A stretch of DNA of 64,000 bases, taken from the NCBI GenBank assembly GCA_014905635.1, contig JABVCE010000020.1, positions 620,001 to 684,000 on the forward strand. The letters are read 5' to 3'. A model generated the notes under the pieces. That model saw nothing but the letters and a program-made list of their open reading frames with translations. It was not told where the DNA came from and searched no databases. The translations under genes and the position numbers were made by a program. Every line of letters begins with the position of its first letter. Positions within the stretch are counted from its first letter, which is position 1. Shown here piece by piece: positions 1 through 12,403 of this stretch. This DNA is from Scenedesmus sp. PABB004. Lineage: Eukaryota.

Positions 1-693
1 CCAGGAGCGGCACGCCCTGCGTGCGGCGGCGGCGGCAGTGGCAGTGGTGGTGGGTCGGCGCTGCGCCCGGCGGCGGGCAGCTGCAGCTGCGCCGGCCTGG
101 CCAGCCGCTGGCCAGGCCTGGCCGCGCGCCGCGCGGGCGGCGCCGCACCGACACGAGTGCAGCCAGCCGTCCATCGGGATGGAGGTGCCCGGGTAGTACT
201 GGCCAGGTCCAGTCGCTGGCGCCGGCGCCGCGAGGTCCGCTGCGCGCTGCTCACGCTGGTCGCTCTCGCCGCGGGCCGCGCGGCCGGCGGCGGCGCCGGG
301 CAGGGTCGCGGGTTCGCGCAGCTTGCGCTTCGACCGCGGCGCGCCCAGCAGCATGGCGACGCTCGCGCGGGGCGCGGGCGGGCCGCGGGCGCGGGCGCGG
401 GAGGGCGCGGCCCTTGCGCACGCGTGCCGGCCGTGCCTGAGCGTGAACCCGTGAGGAGGAAGCTGAGGGTGTCTTTTCAATGGCGCGCGCTGCCTAGCGG
501 GGCATGCGCACGCGCGGCGGCGGCGGCGGTACGTCACAGGCGAGTTTCCCGACGCGCCCCGCCGCCACCGCTCGCCCGCGGGCCGGCGCCGCCGGGCGAC
601 GCTCGCCGCACCGCTGTCCCTGCGCCACGCCCGCGGGGCGGCGCCGCCGGGCACCGCGTCGCCGCTGCCGGTGCCGCCGGATCGCCGCCGCGG

Positions 694-1589
694 TCACAGC
701 GCGAGCTCGTAGACCTCGACGTGCTCCGGCGCCCAGCCCTCCGCCAGCTCGCCCGGCGGCAGCCGCGCCGCGGCCGCACCCGCGGCGGCCGCCGCGGCGA
801 GCAGGCCGGCGCGCAGCGCGTCGCCGCGCGCCTCAAACGTCACGAGCGCGCGCGTGCGCCCCGGCGCCGCGAGCGCGCGCATCGCGGCGAGCAGCCCCTC
901 CGCGCTCGGCACGGAGCCGTCGGGGTCGGGGTAGACGCAGTCGCTCGCGAGCAGCAGGTCCACGCCGCCCCCGGCCGCGCCGGCGGTGATGGCGCCCGCC
1001 GCGGCCGCCACGCTCGCGGGGTCCTCCCAGTCAAGCGCCAGCACCGACACGCGGCCGCCGCCGCCGCCGCCGCCGAGGCCGCTCTTGGCGGCGTTGACGC
1101 GCGCGTGCACCGTCACGGCGGGCTGCAGGGGGGCGGGGGTGGTTGCCGTTGGGCGTCGCCCGCCCGCGGCGCGGGACCGGGCCCCGTCGCCAGGCGCTGC
1201 GCCCGGCCGCGGCCGCCAGCCCTCACACGCACCTTGTCGGTCAGCCACACGTGCGCCGCGCCGAGCCGCGCCGCGGCGAGCCCCGCGAGGCCCATGCCGG
1301 CGCCGAGCTCAACCACGCGCGCGCCGGCGAGCCCGCCGCGGCGCGGGCCGTCGAGCAGCGCCGCCAGCACGAACGCGCCGTCCCACGCCGCCGCGCCGAC
1401 GCGCACGCCGCCGCCGGGGCCGGGGCGCAGCGCGGTGGGGTTCTGCTTGAGGGTCACGCAGCCGGCGCCGCCGCTGAGCGCCACGGTCACGAGGTCGGCC
1501 GCCTGGCTCTGCGCGCGGTCGACGCCGTGCAGCTCGCCGCGCACGGGCTGGCGGTCCACGGGGTCCCAGCCCTCCGTTGTCACGAGCAT
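694..1589 (-). CDS. Protein-lysine methyltransferase, METTL21/Methyltransf_16-like (2 exons)
   Basis: Motifs GAAAWDGAFVLA, VVELGAGMGLAGL (SAM motif I), LTD, LDW and LASDCVY. A GT-AG intron (1232-1123) joins LTDK|PAVTVHARVN. Stop at 694. Confidence 0.85.
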
Positions 1590-2102
1590 GGCCCGCCGCC
1601 GCCGCCGCCGCCGCAGCGATCAAGGGGCGGCGGCGGCGCCGGCAGCAGCAGCAGCGGCGGCTGGCCGCGGCGCGCGGCGGGGTCGCGCGCCCGGCGCCAC
1701 TGCCCGGAGCGACGAGGAGAGGCTGGCGCCGACCAGCACGGCCGCGAACGGCAGCGCAGCGCCGAGAGCAGGCGGGCGCGGCGGCGCACCGGCGGCGGCG
1801 CTGCTCGCGGTGCTGCTCGCGGGGCGCTCGTCGGGCGGAAGCGAGCTGAGGAGGGCGCGACGCGATCCCGCAATCCGAGGGGGCGGGAAGCACAGCGGCT
1901 GAGCAGTGGCCGAGCAAGCGGCGGCGGCGGCTCAGCGGCTGGGCCCTGCGACGCCGGCCGCGAGCGGCTGGCGACGCCCGTAAACTGCAGCAGCGTCCGC
2001 GGAGAGTTGGAACAGCGTCCAAGGGTCACAACTCGCTGCTGCTGCTCCGCGGCGAGGGAGGCGCGCGTCGCGCGCCGCCGCAACTTCGCCCTCGCCTCGC
2101 CG

Positions 2103-2772
2103 TCACTCCTTCCAGGTGAACTCGCACTCGACGCACTTGTAGAAGATCGTGGCCGGCTCGTCCGCGGAGCGCGTCTGCACCTCCTTGAAGTACGCCTGCC
2201 CCGCGCCGCACTTTTCGCACGTCACTGCGGGGGAGCGCGCGCGCGGGCGAGGGCGCGGGTGGGCGCCGCGCCGCCGTGCGGCGCCGCGCCGCGCCGCCGC
2301 CCTGGTGCGGGCGAGCGGCGCCGCGCGCGCTTGCAGGACGCGCGCGCGCACCGTCGGTCTTCTGCACGTTCTTCCACGCCTCCGGGCCGCCCAGCACGTC
2401 GTCGACCTGCTTCTTCTGCAGCTTCGCGTGCTTGACAATCTGCGCGGCGCGGCGGCGGAGGTCGGCGGCCGGGCTCGCAGCTCGCCGCCGCGCCGCCGTC
2501 GCGCGGTCGTCGCGCATCCGCCGCCGCAGCCGCCGCCGCAGTGCCGCGGCGGACCTTGCGCGTGATCTTGTAGTCGTAGGGGCACGTCTGGCAGCGGTAG
2601 CGCAGCTCCTTGGTGAACGCGCTCAGCTCGACTGCGGCGGCGGCGCGCGGCGCGGGGCGGCGTGGCGCTGGTCGCGTCGCGTCGCGCCCGCCGGGCGGGC
2701 AGCCGCGGCGCACGGCGCGGCGCGGCGCGCACCCAGGAGCATGTTGGCGCAGGTGGGGCAGTAGGTGATCAT
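2103..2772 (-). CDS. RPC10: RNA polymerase III subunit RPC10 (C11), 4 exons
   Basis: MITYCPTCANMLL...YRCQTCPY...VDDVLGGPEAWKNVQKTD|VTCEKCG...YFKEVQTRSADEPATIFYKCVEC: two zinc ribbons and the TFIIS-like RSADEP motif. Three canonical introns. Confidence 0.95.
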
Positions 2773-3198
2773 GGCGCCGCGCCGCTGCGGCGGCCGCCGC
2801 CGCCGGCGGCGCGCCGGCCGCTGCTGCTGCTGCCGCGGCCGCCGGCGCCCGCCGTCTGTCCCCCGCCTGACTCCCGGCCTGCGCGCCGCTGCCACGAGAA
2901 GGGGCACAGGACTGTCGCGAGCGTCGGAGCGCCCCGCCTGGCGACGGGGGGACGCCCCCAGGCCGGGGCGGCGCGCGGCGGGCTGCGACCGGCTGCGGCG
3001 AGTGCTGGCGGCGAGCGCGGGCGCGAGCGGGGGGGCGCGGGCGGGGGAGCCGGCGACTTCGCTGCGGGTGGGGTGCTGCGAGGGGGAGCCCGTCAGGGCG
3101 CAGGCTGCGCGCTGCACCGCCGCGTCACGACGCAGCGGAGGCGTGGGCTGGCTGAAGCCTCCGCCCGCGCCCACACGCTGCAGCGCCACTCACGCGCC

Positions 3199-4386
3199 AT
3201 GGCTCTGCCGCCGCCGTCGCAGCAGCTCGGGCCGCGCCTGACGCCGCCCAGGCGCGCTGCTGCCGCCGCCGCCGCGTGCCGCTGCCGCGCTCGCGCTCGC
3301 TGCCGCAGCAACGGTGCCCGCCCACGCCGCCCGCGCCGCCTGCCTCCTGCCATGGCATCTCCTTATCGCGCAGGACGGTCGGCGCGGTGGTCCGCCAGGC
3401 GCGCGACGCGCTGCGGCGGCAGCGCGCGGACCGCGCGGCGCAGGCGGCGCAGCAGCCCGAGGCGCCGGCGCCGACGCGGCTGACGCTGACGCTGCCGCTG
3501 CCGGTCGCGTCGGCGTCGCCGCGCGGCGCGCCGCTGGACGAGCTGCCCTTCTCGCTCTTCGATGAGAGCGACTGGCCCGGCGGCATCCAGCAGCGCTTCC
3601 GCGCGCTGCGCCCGCTCGTCGAGGCGACACTGGAGGGGTGCGGCGGCGGCGGCGCCTGGGCCGCAGCGCGGGGCGCAGGGGCTGAGCGGCGCCCGAACCC
3701 CGACCCCGGCGGCGTTCGAACGCGTCGACCGCCGACGTGCGCCGCCGCGCCGCTCCCGCCGCGCAGGTACGAGGTCAATTTTCTTGGCATGCTCGAGAGC
3801 CCCGCCGACGGGCTCGGCTGCTGGACGCTCGGCGCGCCGCCCGACGCGCCGTCGGCGACGTTTGTGGGCATCCCGACCAACGCCACGTTCGCCTCGTTCG
3901 CCAAGCTGTGCGACGGCGGCTACGGCGCCGCGCCGGCGCGGCCGGGGCACACGCTCGTCGCGGTCAACCCCGACTGGACGGGCCCCGCCGACATCGGCCA
4001 GTTCTGGGAGCGAGACCTCAAGGCCGCCGCGGCGCGGCTGCTCGCGCCCGGCGCGTGGGCGCCGCTCTACGCCGCGCGCATGCTGCGCACGAGCCGCGCG
4101 CGCGGCCACGGGCTGCTGGTCGGCAGCTGGGGCCGCGGCTGGCACCTCTGGGCGGCAGACTCAGGTGTGGGCGCGCACGCTGCGCTGTCCCGATGCTGCG
4201 CTGCGCCGCGCCGCGCCGCATGCAGCCGGCCGGCACTGGCGCCGACGCCCGACGGCCGAGCGCCGCCACGCAGAGGAGAGCAGCAGCGTGCGCGACGAGT
4301 GCGTGCTGTGGAGCGAGGCGGAGCCCGAGGCCGCGGCGGTCGTGGAGGCGCTGAACCGCGCAGCCGCGGGCAGCAGAAAGCGCTGA
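3199..4386 (+). CDS. DUF1995-like, probably plastid-targeted protein
   Basis: Arg/Ala-rich N-terminus, then VVRQARDAL, DESDWPGGIQQRFR, LVAVNPDW, DIGQFWE and WAPLYAARMLR, which resemble the DUF1995 family from memory. The first exon junction is uncertain. Confidence 0.6.
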
Positions 4387-4745
4387 GCCGTGCGGCAGCA
4401 ACCGAGGGAGCTGACCTGTTGCAACGCCGTCTGCAGCTGCCCCCGCCCGCACACACGCCCGCCCCCGTCACAGTGCCGCACCTCCCCCGCCGCGGGCCCG
4501 CCGCCGCCGCCTCGCAAGCGCTGGCGAGCAGCTGCGAGCTGCTCGGCCAGCGTTGCGGGCGCGGGCCCTTGTTCTGTGAGGGAGCTCCCTCTCGAGAGCG
4601 CACCCCACCCCAAGCCATGACCATGCACGCCACGCAATGCCGCATGCCGCAATGCCGCCGCCCCCAATACGCTGGCGACCGCCCCGAGGCTCGCTCGCTG
4701 TGCACGCGGGGCCCGCGAGGCCCGACTGACGCAACATCATCACGC

Positions 4746-5105
4746 TCACGCCCCGGGCGCGCCGCCGCCGCTGCCAGTGCCGGTGCCGGTGCCGCTGCCG
4801 CTGCCGCCGCCGCCGTGCTGCCGCGGGTCGCCGTCGGGCGGCGCCGCCCCCGCGTGCGGCGGCGCCGCCGCGGCGTCGAGCGACGCGCCCGGGTGCTCCC
4901 GCTCGAGCGCCGCGAGCTGCGCCTGGCCCTCCGCCTGCAGCTCCTGGTAGCGCGCCGAGAGCTGCGTCACGACGTGCTGCTGCTGCCGGATCTGCGCCGC
5001 CGCGAGGCGCTGCTGGCGCTCGAGCGCCTTCTGCACATGCTTCAGGCTCCCCGCCCACTGCTCCTGCGCGCGCGGCGCGGCAGGCGGCCGCGGCGGCGGC
5101 CGCGG

Positions 5106-5136
<31 letters not shown>

Positions 5137-7745
5137 CGGCGGCGCGCCGGGGCACGTGGCAGCTCCGCGCGCCCGCGCCAGCGCGGCGCCAGCGCGGCGG
5201 CCGCCGCTGCCGCCGCCGCCCCGCCGCCGCCGCACCTGATATTCCCGCATCCACGCGACCAGCTCCTCCAGCTGCGCCTCGCGCGCCGCGCGCCGCGCCG
5301 CGCGCGTCGCCACCTCGTCGTTGGCGCCCGCGCCGCCGGGGCTGGCGCCGCGCGCCGCCGCGCCGGCACCGGCACCGGTGCCGCCGCCGCCGCGCGCCGC
5401 GGAGAGGAACAGCGTGTCGTCGCGCGGCCCGATCGGCCCCCGGAACATCCATATGGCGCTCAGCTGGAGGCCCCCCGGCTCGGCGGCGGCGGCGGCGACT
5501 GCTGGGCCGGCAGCGCCGCCGCCGCCGCCGGCGGCGGGGTCGGGCGCGGGCTGCGAGAAGAGGTCCACCTCCACGCACTCAACGCTGCACCCGCCGGCGG
5601 GCGCGTCGCCGGCCGCGCCCGCGCCGGCGCCGCCGTCGGGCGGCGGCGCGGGCCAGCGCGGCGACAGGCGCGCCGTCCAGTGCGTGAAGGTCGCGAGGGC
5701 GCCCTCCGCCGCGGCGACGTCGAGCACCTGCCGCGGCGCGCGGCGGGGCGCGGCGCGGCGCGGCGCGGCGGGCGCGGCGCTGTGGGCCGCGGCGGCCGCG
5801 GCGCCGCCGCGCGGCGCAGCCCCGCGCCGCGCAGCGCGGCGCAGCGCGGCGCGGCACGCAGCGCAGCACACACAGCGCGGCGACCCGCACCTGCAGGTCG
5901 ACGTCGTGGCCGTAGCGCAGCTGCTGCAGCCAGTGCAGCGCCGCCTCGCGCCCGAGGTGGCGCCGCCCCTGCGCGCGCATGCCCGTCCACAGGCCGTACG
6001 CCTGCGCGAGCGCGGCCGCGGGCGCCGCGGCGGCAGCGGCGTCGTCGCCCCGGGGGCGGGCGCGGGCGGCGGGCGGCCGGTGGCGGGCCCGCGCGCGCCG
6101 GCCGGCAGCGCCGTGCGGCCAGCTCACGTCGTAGAGCCGGAAATTCTGCGCCAGCAGGTGCCCTGCCGCGAGGCCGGGGTCCGGCGCGCGCCGCAGCGAG
6201 CGCCGCGCCGGCTCCTCGCCCTCCGGCTGCTGCTCGCGCGGGGCCGCGGCGCCGCCGGCGTGCGGCGCCGACCAGGCCTGCCACCACGACTTGACCGCGG
6301 CGACCATGCGCGCCGCGGCCGCCTCGTGCGCGGCTGTGGGCGGGCGGGGGCGGCGGGCGGGCGCGCGCGCGCGCGCGCTCGGTTGGCGGCTCGCCGGCCG
6401 GCCCGCCCGCGTCCGCGCCCCCGCCGCGCCGCCGCGCAGCCGCCCCTGCCGCGCCCCCGGCGCGGGCCGGCGCGGGCCGGCGCGCGCCCCACCCGCGTCG
6501 ACCAGGACGAGGCTCTCCCGCGGGAAGGGTGACGGGTAGCACGCCAGCGGCGCGTGCAGCAGCTCGTCCTTGTCCTCCTCCGTGAGCTGCCGCCGCAGCC
6601 ACAGCCGGCCGACGCGGCCGCCGGGCGCGACCTGCGGCGCGCGCGGGGCGCGCGTGGGCGCGCGTGAGCGGCGGCGGCGGCGAGAGCCGCGGCGGCGGCG
6701 GCGGCGGCGACGGCGGCGCTGCGCACCTGCAGCGCGAGGATGTGGTGGACCTGGCTGATCCTGTGGTGCCGCGGCGGCGCGCGGCGGCGCGCAGCGTCGG
6801 CGTCGGCGTCTCGGCGCGCGGCGCGCAGCGCGCGCGGGCGCGCAGCACATCGGCCGCGCGCGCGCCTGAACGTCGCAGGGTGGCCGGGCAGAGCGCCGAC
6901 GTCCTGGTAGCGGCCCTCAACCAGCGCGTACACGCGCTGCGACGCGGCGCTCGCGGCGTAGAGCATCGGGCGGTGCTCGCTGCGGCGGCGCGTGGGCGGC
7001 GGCGGCGGCGGCGCGCGCGGGCGTCAGAGCGCACGGCGCTGCGACCGCGCAGACGGCGCTCAGGCGGGCGGGCGGCGGCGGCAGGAGCGGCGCGCCTGCG
7101 GTGGTATTCGAGGTGCGCCCTCTCCAGCTCTGCAAGCACCTGAGTCAGGCCCTGGCGGGTGCACGGGCGGCGACGGGCGGGCGGGCGGCGGTGACGGGCG
7201 CTGCGGGCCGGGGCCCGGCGCGCGCGGCGGGCGCGGCGCGCGCAGCGGGCGCGCCGCACGTGCGCGTCGTCGAGCTGCCGCACGCCGTCGGCGGTCAGCA
7301 CGACGCCGCGCTCCAGGATGCCGCCCAGGCCGTCCTCCACCGCCTGGGGGCCCTTGGCGATGCCCGCAAACCAGAGGCGCACAAAGCTGGCGCCCAGGTC
7401 CAGCAGCGCCTGCCGCGACAGCGGCGGCGCCGCGCCCCCGCCGCCGCCGGAGCCGCCATCGGCGCTGCCGCTGCCGTTGGAGCCGCCGCCGCCGTCCGCC
7501 GCGCGCGCCGGCGGCGCCGCCGGGTCGGCGGCGGCCGCCGCCACCGCGCGCGGCGCGCGGCGCGGCCGCGCGGGCGCGGGCAGCGGCCGCTGCTGCCGCT
7601 GACGCAGCGCCGCGCCCCCGGCCGCGCCGGCGCCCCGGCGGGGCCTGGCCGCGAGGGCGGGCGCCGGGAGCAGCGCGGGGAGTCCAAGAGCGGTCCCGCG
7701 CGGTCCCGCACCGCCCGCAAGCCTGGGCAGCGCGCTCGCCACCAT
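4746..7745 (-). CDS. Uncharacterised protein with transit-peptide-like N-terminus, two possible NTF2/SnoaL-like domains and a C-terminal coiled coil (9 exons)
   Basis: Exons join in frame from MVASALPRLAGG (7745) via LLDLGASFVRLWF, ISQVHHILALQ, GRLWLRRQ, VKSWWQAWS, FTHWTARL and IWMFRGP to the stop at 4746. The fold assignment is inference. Confidence 0.7.
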
Positions 7746-8090
7746 CTGGCCCGGCGCCGCCCGCCGCAGCGCGGCACCAGGGACCGCCGCCCGCGCGTGA
7801 GTGATCAATCCGATGCTTCAGGCGCGATGGGACGGCGCGCGAGATCGTGCGGCGCGCGGGCGCAGCGCGAGCTGCTCTCTGCTCCTTCCGGCACGCCCCG
7901 TGCGCGCTCGTGGGCTGGGGAGGCCGTCGTCCGGCGTGAACGCAGAGGGCTCTGGCTGGCGGAGAGCGCGCGCTGCGACCACGGTTCAAGGCGCGCCGCC
8001 GCGCTGAGCCCCGGGCTGCCGCGCTGAGCCCCGCGGCGCGGGGGCCGCGCGGATTGGTTGCCATCGCGCACTCACAGCGCGCAGCGCCGC

Positions 8091-8259
8091 ACAGTCACAG
8101 CGACAGTCGCAGGGACAGTCACACGAGACAGTCAAAAGAGACAGTCACACGAGACAGTCACAAGTCTCTGATGACTGCGCAAGACGCGCGAGTCTCGCTC
8201 AGTCGGTGCAGCTCCACAGACCGACCCCAGACCGACCCCAGACCGACCCCAGACCGACC
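8091..8259. repeat. Two short tandem arrays: ACAGTC x6 (12-13 bp period) and CAGACCGACCC x4
   Basis: ACAGTC at 8091, 8103, 8115, 8128, 8141 and 8154. The 11-mer starts at 8217, 8228, 8239 and 8250. Confidence 0.9.
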
Positions 8260-8352
8260 TGGTGACCATAGCGTGGTTTGGCCGTCGTCGTCGCAGCTGC
8301 TTAGTCGGCGCTGTCTCACAAGTCAGTCAAACCGACGCATTGCCACTGATCG

Positions 8353-8553
8353 CTAGCGCCGCTGGTTGTGCGCGGCGGCCTCGTAGAGGCGGCCGCCGGG
8401 GGAGTTGGTGGCGAGCAAGTACTGAAGGCTAGGCGCCGCGGCCGCGGCGAGCGCGTTGCCGGTCGGGCCGAGGTCGTGCGCCCCGAGGCGCAGCGCGAGC
8501 TCGGTCAGCGCCGCGTACACGGGCACGACGTCGGGCTGCGGCGGCGGCGGCGG

Positions 8554-8597
<44 letters not shown>

Positions 8598-11500
8598 GGC
8601 GGCGGCGGGGCTCGGCGCGGTGCGCGGCGCGGTGCGCGGCGGCGGCGCGGCCGGGCGGGCGCGGCGCGCCGCGTTGCCCTGTGCGCCGGGCGCGCGGCGG
8701 CCGGCGCGCACCAGGCCGAACAGGCGCGAGCCGGGCGCCGCGGCGAAGAGCTGCGCGATGAAGCCGGTGCCAAAGTTGGCCGCAACGTAGGCAAACTGCG
8801 GGCAGGCGCCCGGGGGGTTGCCATCTCGTTTTCCGCCCGCCGCGCCCGCGCCGCGCCGCGCCGCCCCCGCCGCCTGTCCACGCCGCTCGGCCGCCGCAGG
8901 GGTCGGTTTGCCGCGCGCGCACCTCGTACTGCAAGATCGCGGGCAAGCCGGGCCCCGCGAGCCACATGAGGTAGGGCGCGACCTGCGCGGCCAGCTGGAT
9001 ACCCGCCAGCGGCGGCGCGGTCGGGAGGGACGCGTAGTAGGCCTCCGCCGCGGCCGGGGAGGCCGGGCGCCAGCCCTCGGGCTTGGTGAGCGAGAACTCG
9101 TCGACGATGCTGCCATCGGCCGCGTCCCAGCACCTGACGCTCAGCAGCGCGGCCGCGCCGCCGCCGCCCTGCGAGGCCTCGAGCTCGCACGCGCCATAGT
9201 GCCACGACTCGACGGCCACCCAGGGCGGCGTCACATTCAACGCGAACGCGTCCACCTGAGCGGGCGGTGGTGGCGGGCGGGGCGCGGGGCGGGGCGGGGC
9301 GGGCGGGCGGGCTCGGCGGGCGCCCGGCGCGGCGGCCGGCAGCGAGCGCGGGGCGCGGGGCGCGGCAGTCGGCTGCCGGCGGCGGGCGCGTGCCTGGTAG
9401 CCGGCGTTGCCGAGCGTGATGTGTGTCGGCGCGCTCACGCCGCCGCTGGGCGGCACGGGCGCGCCCTTGGCGACAGGGTGCGACCGCGTGTACCTGGGCG
9501 CCGGCGGCGGCGGCGACGGCGGCGGCGGCGTCGGCGGCGGGCGTGCGCCAAGGCGCGCCGCGGGGCCGCCGCCGCCGCCGCCGCGGCGTCGGCGGCGGGG
9601 GCTGCCCGCGGCCGCGGCGGCGCCACGCACATGTGCACGTGGCCCGCGAGCACGAGGTCTGCCTGGTACTTGAAAAGGAGCGGCTCCCACGCGGCGCGGA
9701 TGCTGTCGGAGATCGCGTAGTTGCCGTCGGGCGACTGGTCGGCGTCGTCCACGTACATCGGCCGGTGGAACGCCACGAGAAGCCACGTCAGCCTGCCCTC
9801 GGCGCGCGCGGCGGAGACCTCCGCCAGCGTCGCGTCGAGCCAGCTGCGCGTGGGCCGCGGCGGGGCGGGGGGGGGGGGGGGCGTGCGGCGGGGCGGCGGG
9901 GTCGGGACCGGCGGCGCGGCGCGGCGCGCCCGCGCGCGCTCCGCAGCAGGCCCCGGCGCGGCGAGGGCGTACGAGCGCTCGCTCACGTGTACTGCGTCGA
10001 CCCGGGGCTCCAATCCTGCTCGGTGCTGAGCACAACGAAGGCGACGGGCCCGACCGTGTACCAGTACCTGCGGCGCGCCGGCGCGGCGGCCGGGGCGCTC
10101 GGCGGGCGCGCGGGGCGTGCGCGGTGCGCCGGCCGCGGAGGGTCGGCACGCACCACATCGCGCGGGGGTTGACAGTTGGGTCTACGCCGCTGGCGAGGGG
10201 CATCCTCAGCTTTGCTTGATACGGCACGCCGCACTCTCCGCCTGCCGCCGCAGGCGGCCGGCGCCCATGGGCGGTGTGGGCGGGCGGCGGCCGGGGCGTA
10301 CGCGGCGCGGCGGGCGCGGCGCGCACCGCCGTTGGACGGCTGGAACGTCTGCGCGACGGCGCCCTGCGGCAGCCCCGCGCCCGCGGCCTCGTGGTTCCTG
10401 CGGGGCGGCGGCGGCGCGTGCTGCGCTCGCGGCAGGGCCCCGCCGGCCGCGCGCGCCTCTCCCCCTCCACACGCGCGCGTGCGCACCCAAGCGCAAAGTT
10501 TGTGGGCACGGTGCTGAATACCGGCTCCAGCTGCGTGAGCCAGCGGTCCCACGCGCTGATCACGCCCTCAGCGTACGCGAGGTCGCCGACAAAGAGGGCG
10601 GCGTGGTAATTGCCGGTCGCCGCCGCGCGGGCGAGCGCGGAGTTGACGTACTTGGTCGCCGGCTGCGTGCGGCGGGGCGCGGGGTGGGGGCGCGCGTGCG
10701 GCGCCCCACCGGGGCCCTGCGCCCGCGCAGCGCCGCGGGCGCGGGCGCGGGGGCGGCGCGGGCGCGGGCGCGGCGGTCACCTGGACGCCCCACGCCGCGA
10801 AGGCGCCCCAGGCGAGCGCCGAGTACATGAAGGCACTGCTCGGGGCGGAGCGGGGCGGGGTTTGCAGCGAGGGTTTGAGCAAAAAAAGCAAAAGCTAAAC
10901 TGCGGGCCGATGCGGGCGCGCCGGCGCCGCCGCGCTGCCCGGCCGGCGCGCGCGCGCGCGCGCCCCTCAGCGGGAAGGGCACGGGCGCGCCAGTCACGTT
11001 GAGTGTGCGGCCGGGCGGGAGCGGGCCGGCGGCGGCCTGCAGGGCGTCCAGCACGGAGAAACCCTGCCCGTCCGCGACCCAGCTGCCGTCGCCCATGTTG
11101 TTCTTGCCGTTGTCGGCCGCCAGCAGCATGCGCAGCGGCCCGCCGCCGCTGTGGTCGCCGCCCGCCGCCGGCGGCGTCGTGAAGCTCCTGACGCCGCTGT
11201 ACCCGCCCTGCGCGTGGCGCAGCGCGGCGCAGCGCGGCGCGGCGCGGCTCGGCGCGGGGTCTGGCGAGCACGCCGCCGCGCGGAGTGCTGCGCGCTGGGC
11301 CGCTCTGGACGCAGGGCGCCGCGCGCCGCGCCGCGCGGCGTGCTGCGCCGCGCCTGGGGGCTGCCGACGGCGTAAACGTAGCGCGTGGCGGGCGCGAGGC
11401 GCAGCGATGCGGCGTTGGTGTAGCCCGGGTCGGTCCAGCCGCTCAAGTTGGCGGTGATGCTGCACAATGTCGGCCGTAGTGAACGTCGCCGGCGCCGCGG

Positions 11501-12403
11501 CCGCGACGCGCACGCCGCCGCCGGGCGCCCTGTGTTGGTGGTGCGGGCACGCGCGGAGCGCGGCGCGCAGCGCCGCCTCGGACGTTGACATGAGGACCTC
11601 GCCGCCCACGAACACGCTCTGCCAGGCAAACTGCACCGTCACGGGCTCGGGCTGGCCGTGCTCCGTGCCGCCGGACGAGGCCGCGCTGCGGGCGGCGGCG
11701 GCGCGTGCGCGGCGGCGCGTGTGTGCCGCGCGCGGCGGCGTGTGCGCGAGCGCCGCGCGCTGTGCGCCGCGGGCCGCGCGGCGAGCGCGCACCGCGCCGG
11801 CAGCAGCGAGAGGCGCAGCTGGTGCGGCGCCGAGCGCAGCGCGGGGCTGGGCGCGAGTGTCGCCGACGCGATGACGGACTGGCTGCCCCACGCCGCGCCG
11901 GGGCCGTCCGACTTGTACCGAAGGTACACGACCGTCAGATCGCGCCGCAGGTTGGGGACCCAGAAGCGTGTGGACCCCGCGCCGGTCTCGATCGTGCCGG
12001 GCGAGGACTCGCCGATCCAAACGTAGTTCAGCGGATACCTGCGGGCGGCGGCCGCGGCCGCGGCGCCTGTGAGCGTTTGGCGTCACTCTTGACCGCGGCG
12101 CCCCGCGCAGCACAGCGCCTTCTGGCGCGCTCCGCCTCGTGGATCAGTCGTGAGAGCGCCGCTGAGCTGGGCCAGGGCCACCGCCGCGCACCGCGAGCCA
12201 AACTCGGCGGCGGACGTGACCACGAGCGCGACGCTGTCGGTCGCGCGCGCCTGCGCGATGCCGCTCCAGCTGACCGTCACATTCTGGCCATTGACTTCAT
12301 ACACGCTGGGGCTGACGGTGAGCACAGGACCGGCCGCAGCGCCGAGCGAGAGTGAGGCACCAGCCGCCACCACCAGCGCGAGCGCCGCCCTGCGCCGCGA
12401 CAT
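8353..12403 (-). CDS. Secreted purple acid phosphatase / nucleotide pyrophosphatase-type metallophosphoesterase (14 exons; apparent 1-nt frameshift)
   Basis: Signal peptide MSRRRAALALVVAAGASLSLG, FN3-like PAP N-domain (GWTDPGY, RYVYAVG), and all five metal motifs: ADNG, GDLAY, GNHE, FHRPMY, GHVH. Also GGECGVPY. Frameshift at 11466-11467. Confidence 0.88.

Noticed and set aside
1..354. Minus-strand gene start (MLLGAPRSKRK... / YYPGTSIPMDGWLHSC)
   Set aside because: Possibly real, but the two protein-like pieces are in different frames and the region is cut by the window edge, so I cannot support a call.
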